From NCBI GenBank assembly GCA_002787155.1, contig PCVY01000064.1:10475-74474 (forward strand): a stretch of 64,000 nucleotides of DNA, in the 5' to 3' direction. Each line of letters starts with the position of its first letter. Positions within the stretch are counted from its first letter, which is position 1. Origin of the DNA: Candidatus Abzuiibacterium crystallinum (GTDB lineage Bacteria; Omnitrophota; Omnitrophia; Omnitrophales; Abzuiibacteriaceae). Both the position numbers and the translations under genes were made by a program. Under the pieces are notes generated by a model. That model was given only the letters and a program-made list of their open reading frames with translations, was not told the DNA's origin and searched no databases. Of the stretch, positions 46,495 to 56,335 are shown piece after piece.

Positions 46495-47628
46495 ATGACT
46501 GAGCAAGAAGCTCTCTTCTTTTTGGCTCAAGCAGGATTGCTGTCCGCGCAAAAATTTAAACTACTTTTAAACGGAGCAGTCTCGTTTGAACGTCTTCTCG
46601 TTGACCCCCAAAGCTATCGGTCTGCCTTTCCAGACCTCATGACAGAAGAATGGTTGGAACGTCTTAAAACGGCTCGAGCGGCTACAACAGTCGAGCAATT
46701 GCAGCAGAAGTGTGCATTACAAAGCATCACAATCCTCACCATTTTAGATGCTGATTATCCGTCAGCTTTAAAGGAAATTCACGATCCTCCCCCCGTTTTA
46801 TATATAAAAGGAAAGTTCTTAGAAGCTGATCAAGCCGCCATTGCTGTCGTTGGCGCTAGGGCAGCCAGTTCTTATGGACTTAAAACCGCTCATCAATTTG
46901 CATCAAAGCTTGCCGAAGCCGGCATCACTGTTGTTTCAGGTATGGCGCGTGGTATCGATACAGAAGCCCATCACGGTGCTTTAAATGTCCGTGGGCGAAC
47001 CATCGCTGTGCTGGGGTCGGGTCTTGATGTGATTTATCCTCGGGAGAACAAAAAACTTTTTGCAAAAATAGCTGCTTCCGGAGTAGTCGTGAGCGAATTT
47101 CCGCTTGGCACGCCGCCGTTGGCATTTCATTTTCCGGTTCGCAATCGTCTCATTGCAGGTTTATCAATGGGTGTTTTGGTGGTAGAAGCGCATCAGAGAA
47201 GCGGTTCACTGATTACGGCTTCGTGCGCCATTGATGAAGGCAGAGAAGTGTATGCCGTTCCGGGCCGCATTGATTCATTTGGTTCGCAAGGAACCCATGA
47301 ATTAATTCGACAAGGTGCGCGTTTGGTGGTTTCGCCGGAAGATTTGTTAAGTGATTTAAGATCTATCTTAAGGGAACAATTAAGAACTTGGACTGTCCGG
47401 GAAGATAAACCGGTCATACAGATCCAACACACAGCTCATCTGAGTGAATCTGAGAAAGAAATAATTCAATTGCTTGAGGCAAATCCATCTACTGCCCATG
47501 AAATAGAGGAAAAATTGGCGCCAGGATCTCTCAGGATGATTACCGAGATGGAGCTGAAAGGCTTGATTCACAGGCGCTCGGACGGCCGGTATGAACGCGC
47601 TAGCCGGTTCGTTGACGTTGAATCATGA
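46495..47628 (+). CDS. dprA: DNA processing protein DprA (Smf)
   Basis: It has a Rossmann-like DprA core GMARGIDTEAH...NRLIAG and a C-terminal winged-helix region. Confidence 0.85.
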   Translation: MTEQEALFFLAQAGLLSAQKFKLLLNGAVSFERLLVDPQSYRSAFPDLMTEEWLERLKTARAATTVEQLQQKCALQSITILTILDADYPSALKEIHDPPPVLYIKGKFLEADQAAIAVVGARAASSYGLKTAHQFASKLAEAGITVVSGMARGIDTEAHHGALNVRGRTIAVLGSGLDVIYPRENKKLFAKIAASGVVVSEFPLGTPPLAFHFPVRNRLIAGLSMGVLVVEAHQRSGSLITASCAIDEGREVYAVPGRIDSFGSQGTHELIRQGARLVVSPEDLLSDLRSILREQLRTWTVREDKPVIQIQHTAHLSESEKEIIQLLEANPSTAHEIEEKLAPGSLRMITEMELKGLIHRRSDGRYERASRFVDVES

Positions 47629-47809
47629 TTTGACATTTCTTCAAATCTCAGGTAACTTTCCATAAGTCCTTTGTCGATGAAAGGGTGTTGGTTAAAGTAA
47701 CACAGCCCGAATATCGATAGACTAAATTGAGCATTTTAAAGGTTACAGGGTCTTATTAATCTTGTCAACGTCACTGGATTTTTGGTTTTAATGTGAAAGG
47801 AGTTCTTTT

Positions 47810-48235
47810 ATGGCAGATGAACATGTCCAACCCATAGGTGGTAGCGCGAGTGGACCGGAATCAGCACACAAAGGCAAGCGTTTTGCGGTTGCCGTCATCG
47901 ATTTAATTATTATGCCCATCTTATTGGGAATTGTTGCCGGATTGATTTTGCTGGCGGCACCTGAAGTGGTGCGTAATGTGCTCTTGATTTTGATTAACAT
48001 TGGATGGCTTATTTTCCGGGACCTTGTATTTTCACCGGGCCGGAAGATGGTCGGACTCAAATTGGTCAGTTTAACGGGCGAGAAAGTGACCTTTTTGCAG
48101 GCTTTCATTAGAAATATTTTAATTATGATTCCTTTTGTTCTGTTGATTGGCTACATCCTTGAAACGGTCATGATCTTGGTCAAAGGCGACCGATTGGCGG
48201 ATACTTGGGCAAAAACTCGGGTGGTTTCGGCTTAA
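47810..48235 (+). CDS. RDD-family membrane protein
   Basis: The IFRDLVFSPGRKMVGLKLVS RDD motif and flanking TM helices are present. RBS AAAGGAG. Confidence 0.65.
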   Translation: MADEHVQPIGGSASGPESAHKGKRFAVAVIDLIIMPILLGIVAGLILLAAPEVVRNVLLILINIGWLIFRDLVFSPGRKMVGLKLVSLTGEKVTFLQAFIRNILIMIPFVLLIGYILETVMILVKGDRLADTWAKTRVVSA

Positions 48236-48248
48236 AATTAATTAATCA

Positions 48249-48286
48249 AAAATGCCTTCCCATTGCGGAAGGCATTTTTGTTTTTG
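48249..48286 (+). terminator. rho-independent terminator (AAAATGCCTTCC-cattgc-GGAAGGCATTTT + TGTTTTTGG)
   Basis: A 12-bp perfect stem is followed by a U-tract immediately after the RDD gene stop. Confidence 0.75.
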
Positions 48287-48293
48287 GAGTCTT

Positions 48294-48677
48294 ATGGCCC
48301 GGTCAAAACCAAAACAGCTAAGCTTGCAGAGCCTGGAGAATATGATCAGCTCTCTTGAGCAGAATCAAAAAGTTCAAGCAGGGGATATGGTTTACATTAA
48401 AAAACACCTGGATAAGATATGGGAACATGTGGTTTCTACTAATGATCGTCTACAGACTCTTGAAATCCAGGCTAATTTGGTTGCGCGGTTAATTTCAACT
48501 CTGGCTGTTGAAAAGCTGGGAGTCAGCTCGTTCAGTCTCTTGAAAATGATTAAACGGATCGAAAAAGACACCATTGCGGCTGATCAGATACAGCATTTGG
48601 AGCACCTCTACCGCCTGGAACCTAAAGAAAGTGTTGTCAAGCCGTCTCCTAAAAAGCGCCGCCCTAGGAAGAAATGA
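48294..48677 (+). CDS. hypothetical protein with a basic C-terminal tail (KKRRPRKK)
   Basis: The track start at 48252 lies inside the terminator stem. The ATG at 48294 is preceded by a GGAG RBS. Confidence 0.5.
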   Translation: MARSKPKQLSLQSLENMISSLEQNQKVQAGDMVYIKKHLDKIWEHVVSTNDRLQTLEIQANLVARLISTLAVEKLGVSSFSLLKMIKRIEKDTIAADQIQHLEHLYRLEPKESVVKPSPKKRRPRKK

Positions 48678-48767
48678 GTTTTAACTCCGTCTGAATAACG
48701 TCCGATAAAACTTGTTTACAAGCCTAACTATTCCGGTTAAAATACACATTATCTTAAAGTTCAAGCG

Positions 48768-48796
48768 AGCGGTTGATAACAACCGCTATTTTTTTG
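48768..48796 (+). terminator. rho-independent terminator (AGCGGTTG-ataa-CAACCGCT + ATTTTTTT)
   Basis: A perfect 8-bp stem is followed by a U-tract. Confidence 0.65.
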
Positions 48797-48823
48797 AGAA
48801 AACTCCTTAACTCATTTTGTAAT

Positions 48824-49027
48824 ATGAAGATACAGCTAAACGGTGAAGAGCGTGAAATCGAAAACGATCTCACCATTGACTCCTTATTAAAGCAGTTTCA
48901 TCTCCAAGTTAAAGGTGTTGCCATCGAACTCAATCATCAGGTAATCCTTCCTCATGAATGGCAGTTTGTTTCTATCCGGGAAGGGGATGCGATAGAGATT
49001 GTCCAGTTTGTAGGGGGCGGTATTTAA
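48824..49027 (+). CDS. thiS: ThiS/MoaD-like ubiquitin-fold sulfur-carrier-like protein
   Basis: MKIQLNGEE...ELNHQVILPHEWQFVSIREGDAIEIVQFVGGGI has a ThiS-like length and pattern. The C-terminus is GGGI rather than GG. Confidence 0.6.
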   Translation: MKIQLNGEEREIENDLTIDSLLKQFHLQVKGVAIELNHQVILPHEWQFVSIREGDAIEIVQFVGGGI

Positions 49028-49042
49028 ACCAACCGAAGTGTT

Positions 49043-51142
49043 ATGGCTAAAAGACTCGTTATTGTTGAATCGCCTGCAAAGGCAAAAACCATTGGAAAGT
49101 ATCTCGGAAGAGACTACATTGTCGAGGCTTCCTTTGGCCACGTCAGAGACTTACCGAGAAGCAAGATGGGTGTTGATGTTGATAATCAATTTGAGCCCAA
49201 ATATGTCGTTCCCACCAAAGCACGGAAGCGTGTCACCAAACTCAAGAAAACTGCCAAAGGCAAGGATGTTTTCCTAGCACCCGATCCTGACCGGGAAGGC
49301 GAAGCGATCAGTTGGCATTTGTTTGAATTACTTGAAAAGAATCCGAAGTCGATTAAGCGAGTCGAGTTTCATGAAATTACAAAAGATGCCGTTCGCCGCG
49401 CTTTTGAACATCCCCGCGAAATTGATCAGCGGTTGGTCAACGCCCAACAAGCCCGCCGGATTTTAGACCGGATCGTTGGTTATGAAATTAGTCCGCTTTT
49501 ATGGAAAAAAGTCGGAAAAGGTCTCAGTGCGGGCCGTGTGCAATCGATCGCATTGCGTCTCATTGTGGAACGCGAAGATGAGATTCGCCGGTTTGTGCCT
49601 AAAGAGTATTGGTCTTTAGAAGCTCAATTATCTTCCAAGCGGCCTGAGGAGAAAGATAAAGTATTTGTGGCGAAATTGGATCGCGTCAACCAAGAAAAAA
49701 TTGATCTTAACAATGCCGAGGAAACGGAAAAAATAAAGACAGCTTTAGAAAAAAGTGAATTCCAAGTTTCTTCCATTGAAAAGAAAGAGCGAAACCGCAA
49801 ACCACAAGCACCTTATACAACCAGTAAACTTCAACAGGAAGCGTATAACCGGCTTGGTTTTCCGGCCGCTAAAACCATGCGGATTGCTCAAAGTCTTTAT
49901 GAAGGTGTGGAGATCGGTGAAGATGCAGCGGTTGGTTTAATTACCTATATGCGCACCGACTCGGTACGGGTGGCGCAAACAGCTTTGGATGAAGTGACAA
50001 AATACATTAAAGAGCATTTTGGTCCTGAATATTTACCGGAAACGCCCCATGTTTATAAGTCTAAGAAGAGCGCCCAAGAAGCACATGAAGCGATTCGCCC
50101 CACCTCGGCTTACCGCCCGCCGGAGAAAATTAAATCCTATCTCTCGATGGATGAGTTTAAGTTGTATGAATTAATTTGGTGCAAATTTGTTGCCAGCCAA
50201 ATGGCGCATGCGAAAGATCAAGTGACGTCGATTGAAATTTTGGCTGCAGAAAAATATATCTTTAAAACCACCGGAACCATTAATGTTTTTCCGGGCTTCT
50301 TAAAAGTATTTGCCGATGCTCTCCACGCCAAAAAGAAGAAAGAAAAGGAAGAGCAAAAAGAAGGTGAAGAAACCCATCAAGCCTTGCCGGAATTGATACA
50401 AGGAGAAAGTTTGGATTTGCATGAATTAATCAGTAGCCAACATTTTACAAAACCACCGGCGCGTTTTAACGATGCCAGTTTGGTCAAAGCTTTGGAAGAA
50501 GATGGAATCGGACGGCCGAGCACGTACGCCCCTACCATTCATACTTTGTTGGCACGCGAATATGCCGAGAGGCAGAGCGGTGCGCTGGTACCAACCGATT
50601 TAGGAGAGGTGGTGGTTAAGCAGCTCGTCGAACATTTTCCCACCATCATGGATATTGAATTTACTGCCAACATGGAAGATGAACTCGATAAGATCGAGGA
50701 AGGTGATGTTGATTGGGTTCAGGTTTTAAAGAATTTTTATCCTCCGTTTCATCAAGCGGTCGAAACCGCCCAAGTGGAAATGAAGGATATGAAACAGGAG
50801 TTAATCGAGACAGAAGAAACTTGTGAAAAATGCGGTAAACCAATGGTGATACGTCGTGGTCGTTACGGTAAGTTCTTGGCATGTTCTGGTTTTCCCGAAT
50901 GTCGTAATACAAAGCCTATTTCAACCGGCGTGGCTTGTCCGCAGCCCGATTGTTCAGGTACTTTGGTTAAGCGCCGTTCAAGACGCGGTCAACCTTTTTA
51001 CGGCTGTTCCAACTACCCAAAGTGTACTTTTATTGCCAATAAACTTCCCAAACCCGAAGAAGATAAAGCCGATCAATCATCGGCTTCGGAAACGAACCAC
51101 GATTCACACAAGCCATCGGTAAACGATTCAACGCCACAGTAA
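49043..51142 (+). CDS. topA: DNA topoisomerase I
   Basis: It has a TOPRIM start (LVIVESPAKAKTIGKYLG), an active-site Tyr region and two C-terminal C4 zinc ribbons. Confidence 0.92.
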   Translation: MAKRLVIVESPAKAKTIGKYLGRDYIVEASFGHVRDLPRSKMGVDVDNQFEPKYVVPTKARKRVTKLKKTAKGKDVFLAPDPDREGEAISWHLFELLEKNPKSIKRVEFHEITKDAVRRAFEHPREIDQRLVNAQQARRILDRIVGYEISPLLWKKVGKGLSAGRVQSIALRLIVEREDEIRRFVPKEYWSLEAQLSSKRPEEKDKVFVAKLDRVNQEKIDLNNAEETEKIKTALEKSEFQVSSIEKKERNRKPQAPYTTSKLQQEAYNRLGFPAAKTMRIAQSLYEGVEIGEDAAVGLITYMRTDSVRVAQTALDEVTKYIKEHFGPEYLPETPHVYKSKKSAQEAHEAIRPTSAYRPPEKIKSYLSMDEFKLYELIWCKFVASQMAHAKDQVTSIEILAAEKYIFKTTGTINVFPGFLKVFADALHAKKKKEKEEQKEGEETHQALPELIQGESLDLHELISSQHFTKPPARFNDASLVKALEEDGIGRPSTYAPTIHTLLAREYAERQSGALVPTDLGEVVVKQLVEHFPTIMDIEFTANMEDELDKIEEGDVDWVQVLKNFYPPFHQAVETAQVEMKDMKQELIETEETCEKCGKPMVIRRGRYGKFLACSGFPECRNTKPISTGVACPQPDCSGTLVKRRSRRGQPFYGCSNYPKCTFIANKLPKPEEDKADQSSASETNHDSHKPSVNDSTPQ

Positions 51143-51152
51143 AGGTGGGAGC

Positions 51153-52022
51153 ATGAATCAATACCAAGTTCGTTTTTTTCGGTATTTAGAAGTTGAGCGC
51201 AATGCTTCAAACTATACGATCAAAAATTATCAAATAGATCTTCGTGATTTCTTTGAGTTCTTGAATAGTAAATCGCCCATCCAAATTGATTATTTGGAAA
51301 TCCGCCGTTATCTCGGTTTTCTCAAAGAAAAAAATTATCAAAAAAGTACTATTTCAAGAAAATTAGCCTGCCTTCGGTCTTTCTTCAAGTTCCTAACCCG
51401 TGAAAATTTTGTGAAGTCGAACCCCGCGGCAGGCATTCAATCTCCTAAAAAAGAGAAAAAACTGCCGGCTTATCTTGAATTAAGTGAGATTGAACAATTG
51501 TTGAATGCGCCCAATGGTAAAAATTGGGAAGAAAAGCGTGACCAGGCCATTTTGGAAACGCTTTACAGCGCCGGTATTCGCGTCGGTGAACTCATGGGGC
51601 TCAATGATGATGACGTCGAGCTTTTAAGCGGATATTTAAAAGTCAGAGGCAAGGGTAAGAAAGAACGCATTGTGCCTGTCGGCGCCATGGCCGTCAAAGC
51701 GCTTCAAGCCTATTTGGGTGTACGCCCAAAGCATTTAAAAGAAAAAGGAGCGCTGTTTGTGAATCGATTTGGCACACGCTTAACCGACCGAAGTGTGCGG
51801 CGTCTCTTAATTAAATATGCCAAGCGTATCGGTTTGAAAAAAGAAATTTCCCCGCACATGCTGCGCCATACTTTTGCGACACATTTGTTAGACCGTGGGG
51901 CAGATTTGCGAAGTGTGCAGGAATTGTTGGGCCACGAAAATTTATCAACGACGCAGATTTATACACATGTTTCAACCAAACGTTTACGGGAAGCATTCGA
52001 CAGCGCGCATCCGCGTGCTTAG
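51153..52022 (+). CDS. xerC: tyrosine recombinase XerC/XerD family
   Basis: It has RHTFATHLL and LGH..L.TTQIYTHV catalytic motifs. C versus D cannot be decided from the sequence. Confidence 0.8.
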   Translation: MNQYQVRFFRYLEVERNASNYTIKNYQIDLRDFFEFLNSKSPIQIDYLEIRRYLGFLKEKNYQKSTISRKLACLRSFFKFLTRENFVKSNPAAGIQSPKKEKKLPAYLELSEIEQLLNAPNGKNWEEKRDQAILETLYSAGIRVGELMGLNDDDVELLSGYLKVRGKGKKERIVPVGAMAVKALQAYLGVRPKHLKEKGALFVNRFGTRLTDRSVRRLLIKYAKRIGLKKEISPHMLRHTFATHLLDRGADLRSVQELLGHENLSTTQIYTHVSTKRLREAFDSAHPRA

Positions 52023-52033
52023 GAAATGATGGC

Positions 52034-53338
52034 ATGAGTTTATTTTATCTTTTATACGAACCATTGCTGGCGATTTTCGGTTTATTTTATTTGCCGCATT
52101 TGATTTTGCGCCTCAAGCAAGCGCCTGACCATCGCCGGTTGCTCAGGGAAAGATGGGGGCATGTTGAATTAAAAATTAAAGCAGCGCGGATCATATGGAT
52201 TCATGCGGTGAGTGTTGGTGAAGTCATGGCAGCCAAGGAATTTATTCGTTTGCTGCAAATGATGCATCCCGAAACAGGCATTGTGATTTCCACCACGACG
52301 CCGACCGGTCAAAAGGTCGCGCAGCCATTGGCAGGACCGATGGTGCAAGTCGTGTATTTTCCGTTTGATTTTTCATCGAGTGTTAAACGGGCGCTTCAAT
52401 CCATCCGGCCCGCTTGTCTGATTATGATGGAAACGGAAATCTGGCCGAACATCATTCGATGGGCTGAAAAAATGAATATTCCGATCGGCATTATGAATGG
52501 ACGGATTTCAGACCGTGCTTTTCGGCGTTATCAATGGGTTAAACACTGGATGGGCCAATTGTTGCCGAAGCTGGCATTTTGTTTGGTTTCTAATAAAAAA
52601 GATCAAGAACGCTTCCTGTCACTGGGCTTGCCGGCGTCAAAGGTGCAGCTCACCGGCAATATGAAATTTGATATTGAAGGCGTCAGGAATCCCATACAAG
52701 TGGAGCGCTTGAAAGCACGTTGGCAATTTGAAGGCAAACAAGTTTGGGTAGCAGGGAGTACGCATGAGGGTGAAGAAGCGCTGGTTTTGAAAGTTTTTAG
52801 CCGATTGAAACCCGCTGTTCCAAATTTGGTATTGGTTTTAGCGCCGCGGCATCCTGAAAGAACCGCGCAAGTCAAGCAGTTGACGGCTCAAACGAAGTAT
52901 CATTTTGCTTTAGCTGATGAAAAAGTCGATGCATCGCCCGATATTGTTATTTTAAATGTGATGGGCGAGCTATCCAATTATTTTGGATTGGCAGACCTTG
53001 TTTTTATGGGCGGTAGTTTAATTGAGCACGGCGGGCAGAATCCCATTGAACCTGCTCGTGAACGCAAAGGTATTTTGCACGGGCCGCATGTTTCAAATTT
53101 TCAATCTGTGTATGAGCAGTTAGACCGCGCAGGAGGCGCTGTCATGATCCATGATGAAGAGACCATGTACAGCCAGGCGGAAGCGATGTTGCATAATCGA
53201 GAAGCTGTTCAAACCATGGGATTATATGCTTTTGGCGTGGTCGAGGCTTTAAAAGGGGCGTCTTTACGTAATTTAAGATTATTAGAACCTTGGTTAAATT
53301 CATCACATGTGATGAATGAATCGATGAGGGAAAGGTAG
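52034..53338 (+). CDS. waaA: 3-deoxy-D-manno-octulosonic acid (Kdo) transferase
   Basis: It has an N-terminal membrane anchor and a GT30 fold (IWIHAVSVGE). Confidence 0.85.
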   Translation: MSLFYLLYEPLLAIFGLFYLPHLILRLKQAPDHRRLLRERWGHVELKIKAARIIWIHAVSVGEVMAAKEFIRLLQMMHPETGIVISTTTPTGQKVAQPLAGPMVQVVYFPFDFSSSVKRALQSIRPACLIMMETEIWPNIIRWAEKMNIPIGIMNGRISDRAFRRYQWVKHWMGQLLPKLAFCLVSNKKDQERFLSLGLPASKVQLTGNMKFDIEGVRNPIQVERLKARWQFEGKQVWVAGSTHEGEEALVLKVFSRLKPAVPNLVLVLAPRHPERTAQVKQLTAQTKYHFALADEKVDASPDIVILNVMGELSNYFGLADLVFMGGSLIEHGGQNPIEPARERKGILHGPHVSNFQSVYEQLDRAGGAVMIHDEETMYSQAEAMLHNREAVQTMGLYAFGVVEALKGASLRNLRLLEPWLNSSHVMNESMRER

Positions 53339-53344
53339 ATAGCT

Positions 53345-54379
53345 ATGACAATCCGTAATTACTTTAGGTTAATCATTGAAAACAAACACGGCGCTCAAGC
53401 CGGTTGGTTTTGGCGGCCTTGGCTTTGGCTCATTCGTTTGATGTACGAATCATCCGTCAATTTGAGAGCGTCACTTTATGCGGTTGGTTTTTGCCGGTCT
53501 AAGAAACTTTCAATCCCCGCGGTCAGTGTCGGCAATATCACATGGGGCGGTGTCGGTAAGACGCCTCTCACTTTGTATTTAAGCCGCTTTTTACTCAAAG
53601 AACACAAAGTGCCGCTGATTTTGACACGAGGCTACAACGCAGACGAAGTACGCGAGTATCAGGCAAATTTAGCACAAGCGGTGATTGGTGTCGGGAAAAA
53701 TCGATATGAAATTGCCAAGCGCTTGCTCAAAAAACAAAAAGCAGACATTGCCATTCTGGACGATGGTTTTCAACATTGGCAATTGCATCGTGATTTGAAC
53801 TTGGTGGTTATCAATGCCCTCAATCCGTTTGGAAACGGCACCTTGATTCCGACCGGTATTTTACGCGAACCCTTGACCAGCCTAAAACGGGCACACATGA
53901 TTATTTTTAATGACGTCAATTTAATTGATAGAAAAAACTTTGAAACACTCAGAGATCAGGTTAAACAATTGGTGCCGACCGCCGAAATCATTGAGGCCCA
54001 ACGCGAGCCCATTTTCTTTTATCAGGCCAAATCCGGCGGGCGGATTGATGTCGATCGGATGCGGGGGAGGCGAGTCACCACTTTTTCGGGCGTTGGAACT
54101 CCGCGAAGTTTTCAACTGGTGCTTTCTAAATTAGGAATTAAAACCATTCGTAATTTTGAGTTTAGTGATCACCATGCTTTTACAGCAAGAGAGTTAAAGG
54201 AAATTAACGAAGTATGCGAAAGCAGTCAGTCAGATTCGATTATCACCACCGAGAAAGATTTCTTTCGGCGCCGAAAGCTGATCACGCAGATTGTAGACCC
54301 TTTGATTTTGAGAGTGTATGTGCGTATAACGGTGGGTGAGGAAATTTTGAAGGATCGCATCCGCAAACTGTTTAGTTGA
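53345..54379 (+). CDS. lpxK: tetraacyldisaccharide 4'-kinase
   Basis: It has a P-loop VGNITWGGVGKTP. Confidence 0.85.
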   Translation: MTIRNYFRLIIENKHGAQAGWFWRPWLWLIRLMYESSVNLRASLYAVGFCRSKKLSIPAVSVGNITWGGVGKTPLTLYLSRFLLKEHKVPLILTRGYNADEVREYQANLAQAVIGVGKNRYEIAKRLLKKQKADIAILDDGFQHWQLHRDLNLVVINALNPFGNGTLIPTGILREPLTSLKRAHMIIFNDVNLIDRKNFETLRDQVKQLVPTAEIIEAQREPIFFYQAKSGGRIDVDRMRGRRVTTFSGVGTPRSFQLVLSKLGIKTIRNFEFSDHHAFTARELKEINEVCESSQSDSIITTEKDFFRRRKLITQIVDPLILRVYVRITVGEEILKDRIRKLFS

Positions 54380-54385
54380 TGAGCA

Positions 54386-56335
54386 ATGATCCAATTATTA
54401 GCTTATTGGGCGCTTAAAATATTGGCGCGTTTGGCTCAGTTATTGCCAAATGCTTGTTATCCCTTCACCGCAACACTATTAGGGAAACTAGCTTACTGTT
54501 TAGACAAAAGACGTTACGTTGCTTACGCAAATTTAAAAGCAGCCTTTCAAACCCGCTATTCGCCTAAGGAATTAAAGGGCATTATTCAACGGCAATATGA
54601 ACATTTATGCTATTGCTTTCTTGAAATCCTTAATTTCCCAAAGATGGATCAAGCTTACATCAATCAATTTGTTACCATGGAGAATGGTCATTGGTACGAA
54701 GAAGCTGTCCAAAAAAAGCGTCGGGCCATGTTAATGACGGCACATTTTGATAACTGGGAAATGCTTCAAACCTACTCGGGTATCAGGGGATATCCGCTGT
54801 ATGTGCTCGTGCGAGATCAACGGCACACCAAACTGAATGATTTTCTCAATCAGCTTAGGGAATCGCATGGCGCTACCCCCATCTCAACAACGGGAATGGG
54901 GCTAAGAGACTTGGTCCGAACGTTAAAACAAGGCAACCCGGTTGGTGTTTTAGGTGATCAAGGCGGCGGGCGTGACGGTAGTTATGTAAGATTTTTTGGC
55001 CGTAAAACAACAGCCCCGAAAGGTTTGATGAGCATGGCGCTGCGTTGCGAAGCAGACGTTATACCGTGTTTTTCCGTCCGTGAGAAAGGATTGTATCATC
55101 GCATTATCATGAAAGCACCCCTTCTACTGAGTCAAACGGGGGATGAACTTAAAGATGATCTTATCAATAATCAGCTATTTTTAGATCAGCTTGAGCCCAT
55201 GATTCAAGCTTATCCGGAGCAATGGTTATGGATTCATAAGCGCTGGAAATTTTGTTTCACAAAACGTGTGGTAGTACTCGAAGATGAGCGGGCAGGACAT
55301 GCCGCACAAGCACGCGCCGTTGGCCAGCAATTCCATGAACTTCATCGCGAACTGCCTCACTATGACGAATTTCAAATTGATCGCGTACCGGTTCGTTACA
55401 AAAGTAAGCGGCATCGATTTCTTTTTACCTATTTGTCATGGATCATGCACCCGTTTGCACAAAGCCGCCTGTCGTGGCTCAATTTCTTTTTTACTCATGA
55501 AACCACAAATCAGCTCAATCAAATTCCGCATGCTGATTTTGTGGTAACCTGCGGCGCAGGTTTGACGCCGCTTGCGTGGTGGCTAAAAAGTGAATTTTTA
55601 TCGAAGATTATTATGGTCATGAAACCCGCTTTTCCTTTTTCACGCTTTCGTTATGACGTGATGGTGGTGCCAAAACATGATCAAACGACGCATTTACGCG
55701 GCAAGACAATCCCAACCAGTGCTGCGCTCTGTTGGATCGATAAAAAACAAATGGAAAGTGAAGGCGAGCGTTTATCCGGCCAGTTGAAGCTGAATGGTGC
55801 GCGTCGAATCTCGATTTTTATAGGCGGCGAAACAAAAAAATATCGGCTGAATGATCATCGTGTTGATCAGTGGTTAGCGGCTGCCAATCAGCTAAGTCAA
55901 AAAGAAAAATTTGATCTCTTGGTCACAACGTCACGGCGCACGTCTGTTTTGACGGCGGAGACGGTCAAACGGACTTTGAGCGCTAATCAGAGATGCCGTT
56001 TGCTGGTTATTGCCAATGAAAAGAATATCGAGAATGTCACTTTAGGTATGCTGGCACTTTCCGATATTGTGGTCGTGACAGAAGATAGCGTTTCGATGAT
56101 TTCCGAAGCGCTGGCGGCTGGTAAACGTGTTTTGGTGATGAAAGTGGGCAATGGCCAATTATCGGAAAAACATCAATTATTCCAACAAACTTTAAAAAAT
56201 GACGGTTTAATCGAAACGGCTACGGAAGTGGATTTTGAAGAGAAAATCGGTCAATTGATGGCAAAGCATGCGGTGATGTTTCCCATTGAAAATGAATTAA
56301 GTCAGTTACGGAGCATTTTGCGAGAAGAATTATGA
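54386..56335 (+). CDS. lipid A late acyltransferase (LpxL/HtrB family) fused to a C-terminal ELM1/DUF1022-like domain
   Basis: The N-terminal ~300 aa have the HFDNWE (HX4E-type) acyltransferase motif. The C-terminal ~330 aa resemble the Mito_fiss_Elm1-type GT-B-like domain. Confidence 0.6.
   Translation: MIQLLAYWALKILARLAQLLPNACYPFTATLLGKLAYCLDKRRYVAYANLKAAFQTRYSPKELKGIIQRQYEHLCYCFLEILNFPKMDQAYINQFVTMENGHWYEEAVQKKRRAMLMTAHFDNWEMLQTYSGIRGYPLYVLVRDQRHTKLNDFLNQLRESHGATPISTTGMGLRDLVRTLKQGNPVGVLGDQGGGRDGSYVRFFGRKTTAPKGLMSMALRCEADVIPCFSVREKGLYHRIIMKAPLLLSQTGDELKDDLINNQLFLDQLEPMIQAYPEQWLWIHKRWKFCFTKRVVVLEDERAGHAAQARAVGQQFHELHRELPHYDEFQIDRVPVRYKSKRHRFLFTYLSWIMHPFAQSRLSWLNFFFTHETTNQLNQIPHADFVVTCGAGLTPLAWWLKSEFLSKIIMVMKPAFPFSRFRYDVMVVPKHDQTTHLRGKTIPTSAALCWIDKKQMESEGERLSGQLKLNGARRISIFIGGETKKYRLNDHRVDQWLAAANQLSQKEKFDLLVTTSRRTSVLTAETVKRTLSANQRCRLLVIANEKNIENVTLGMLALSDIVVVTEDSVSMISEALAAGKRVLVMKVGNGQLSEKHQLFQQTLKNDGLIETATEVDFEEKIGQLMAKHAVMFPIENELSQLRSILREEL

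Noticed and set aside
51153-52022. The tyrosine recombinase as the marker of an integrated mobile element bounding the LPS cluster
   Set aside because: The sequence has the XerC/XerD housekeeping hallmarks and sits directly after topA in a co-directional housekeeping block. No tRNA, direct repeats or phage/IS genes flank it.
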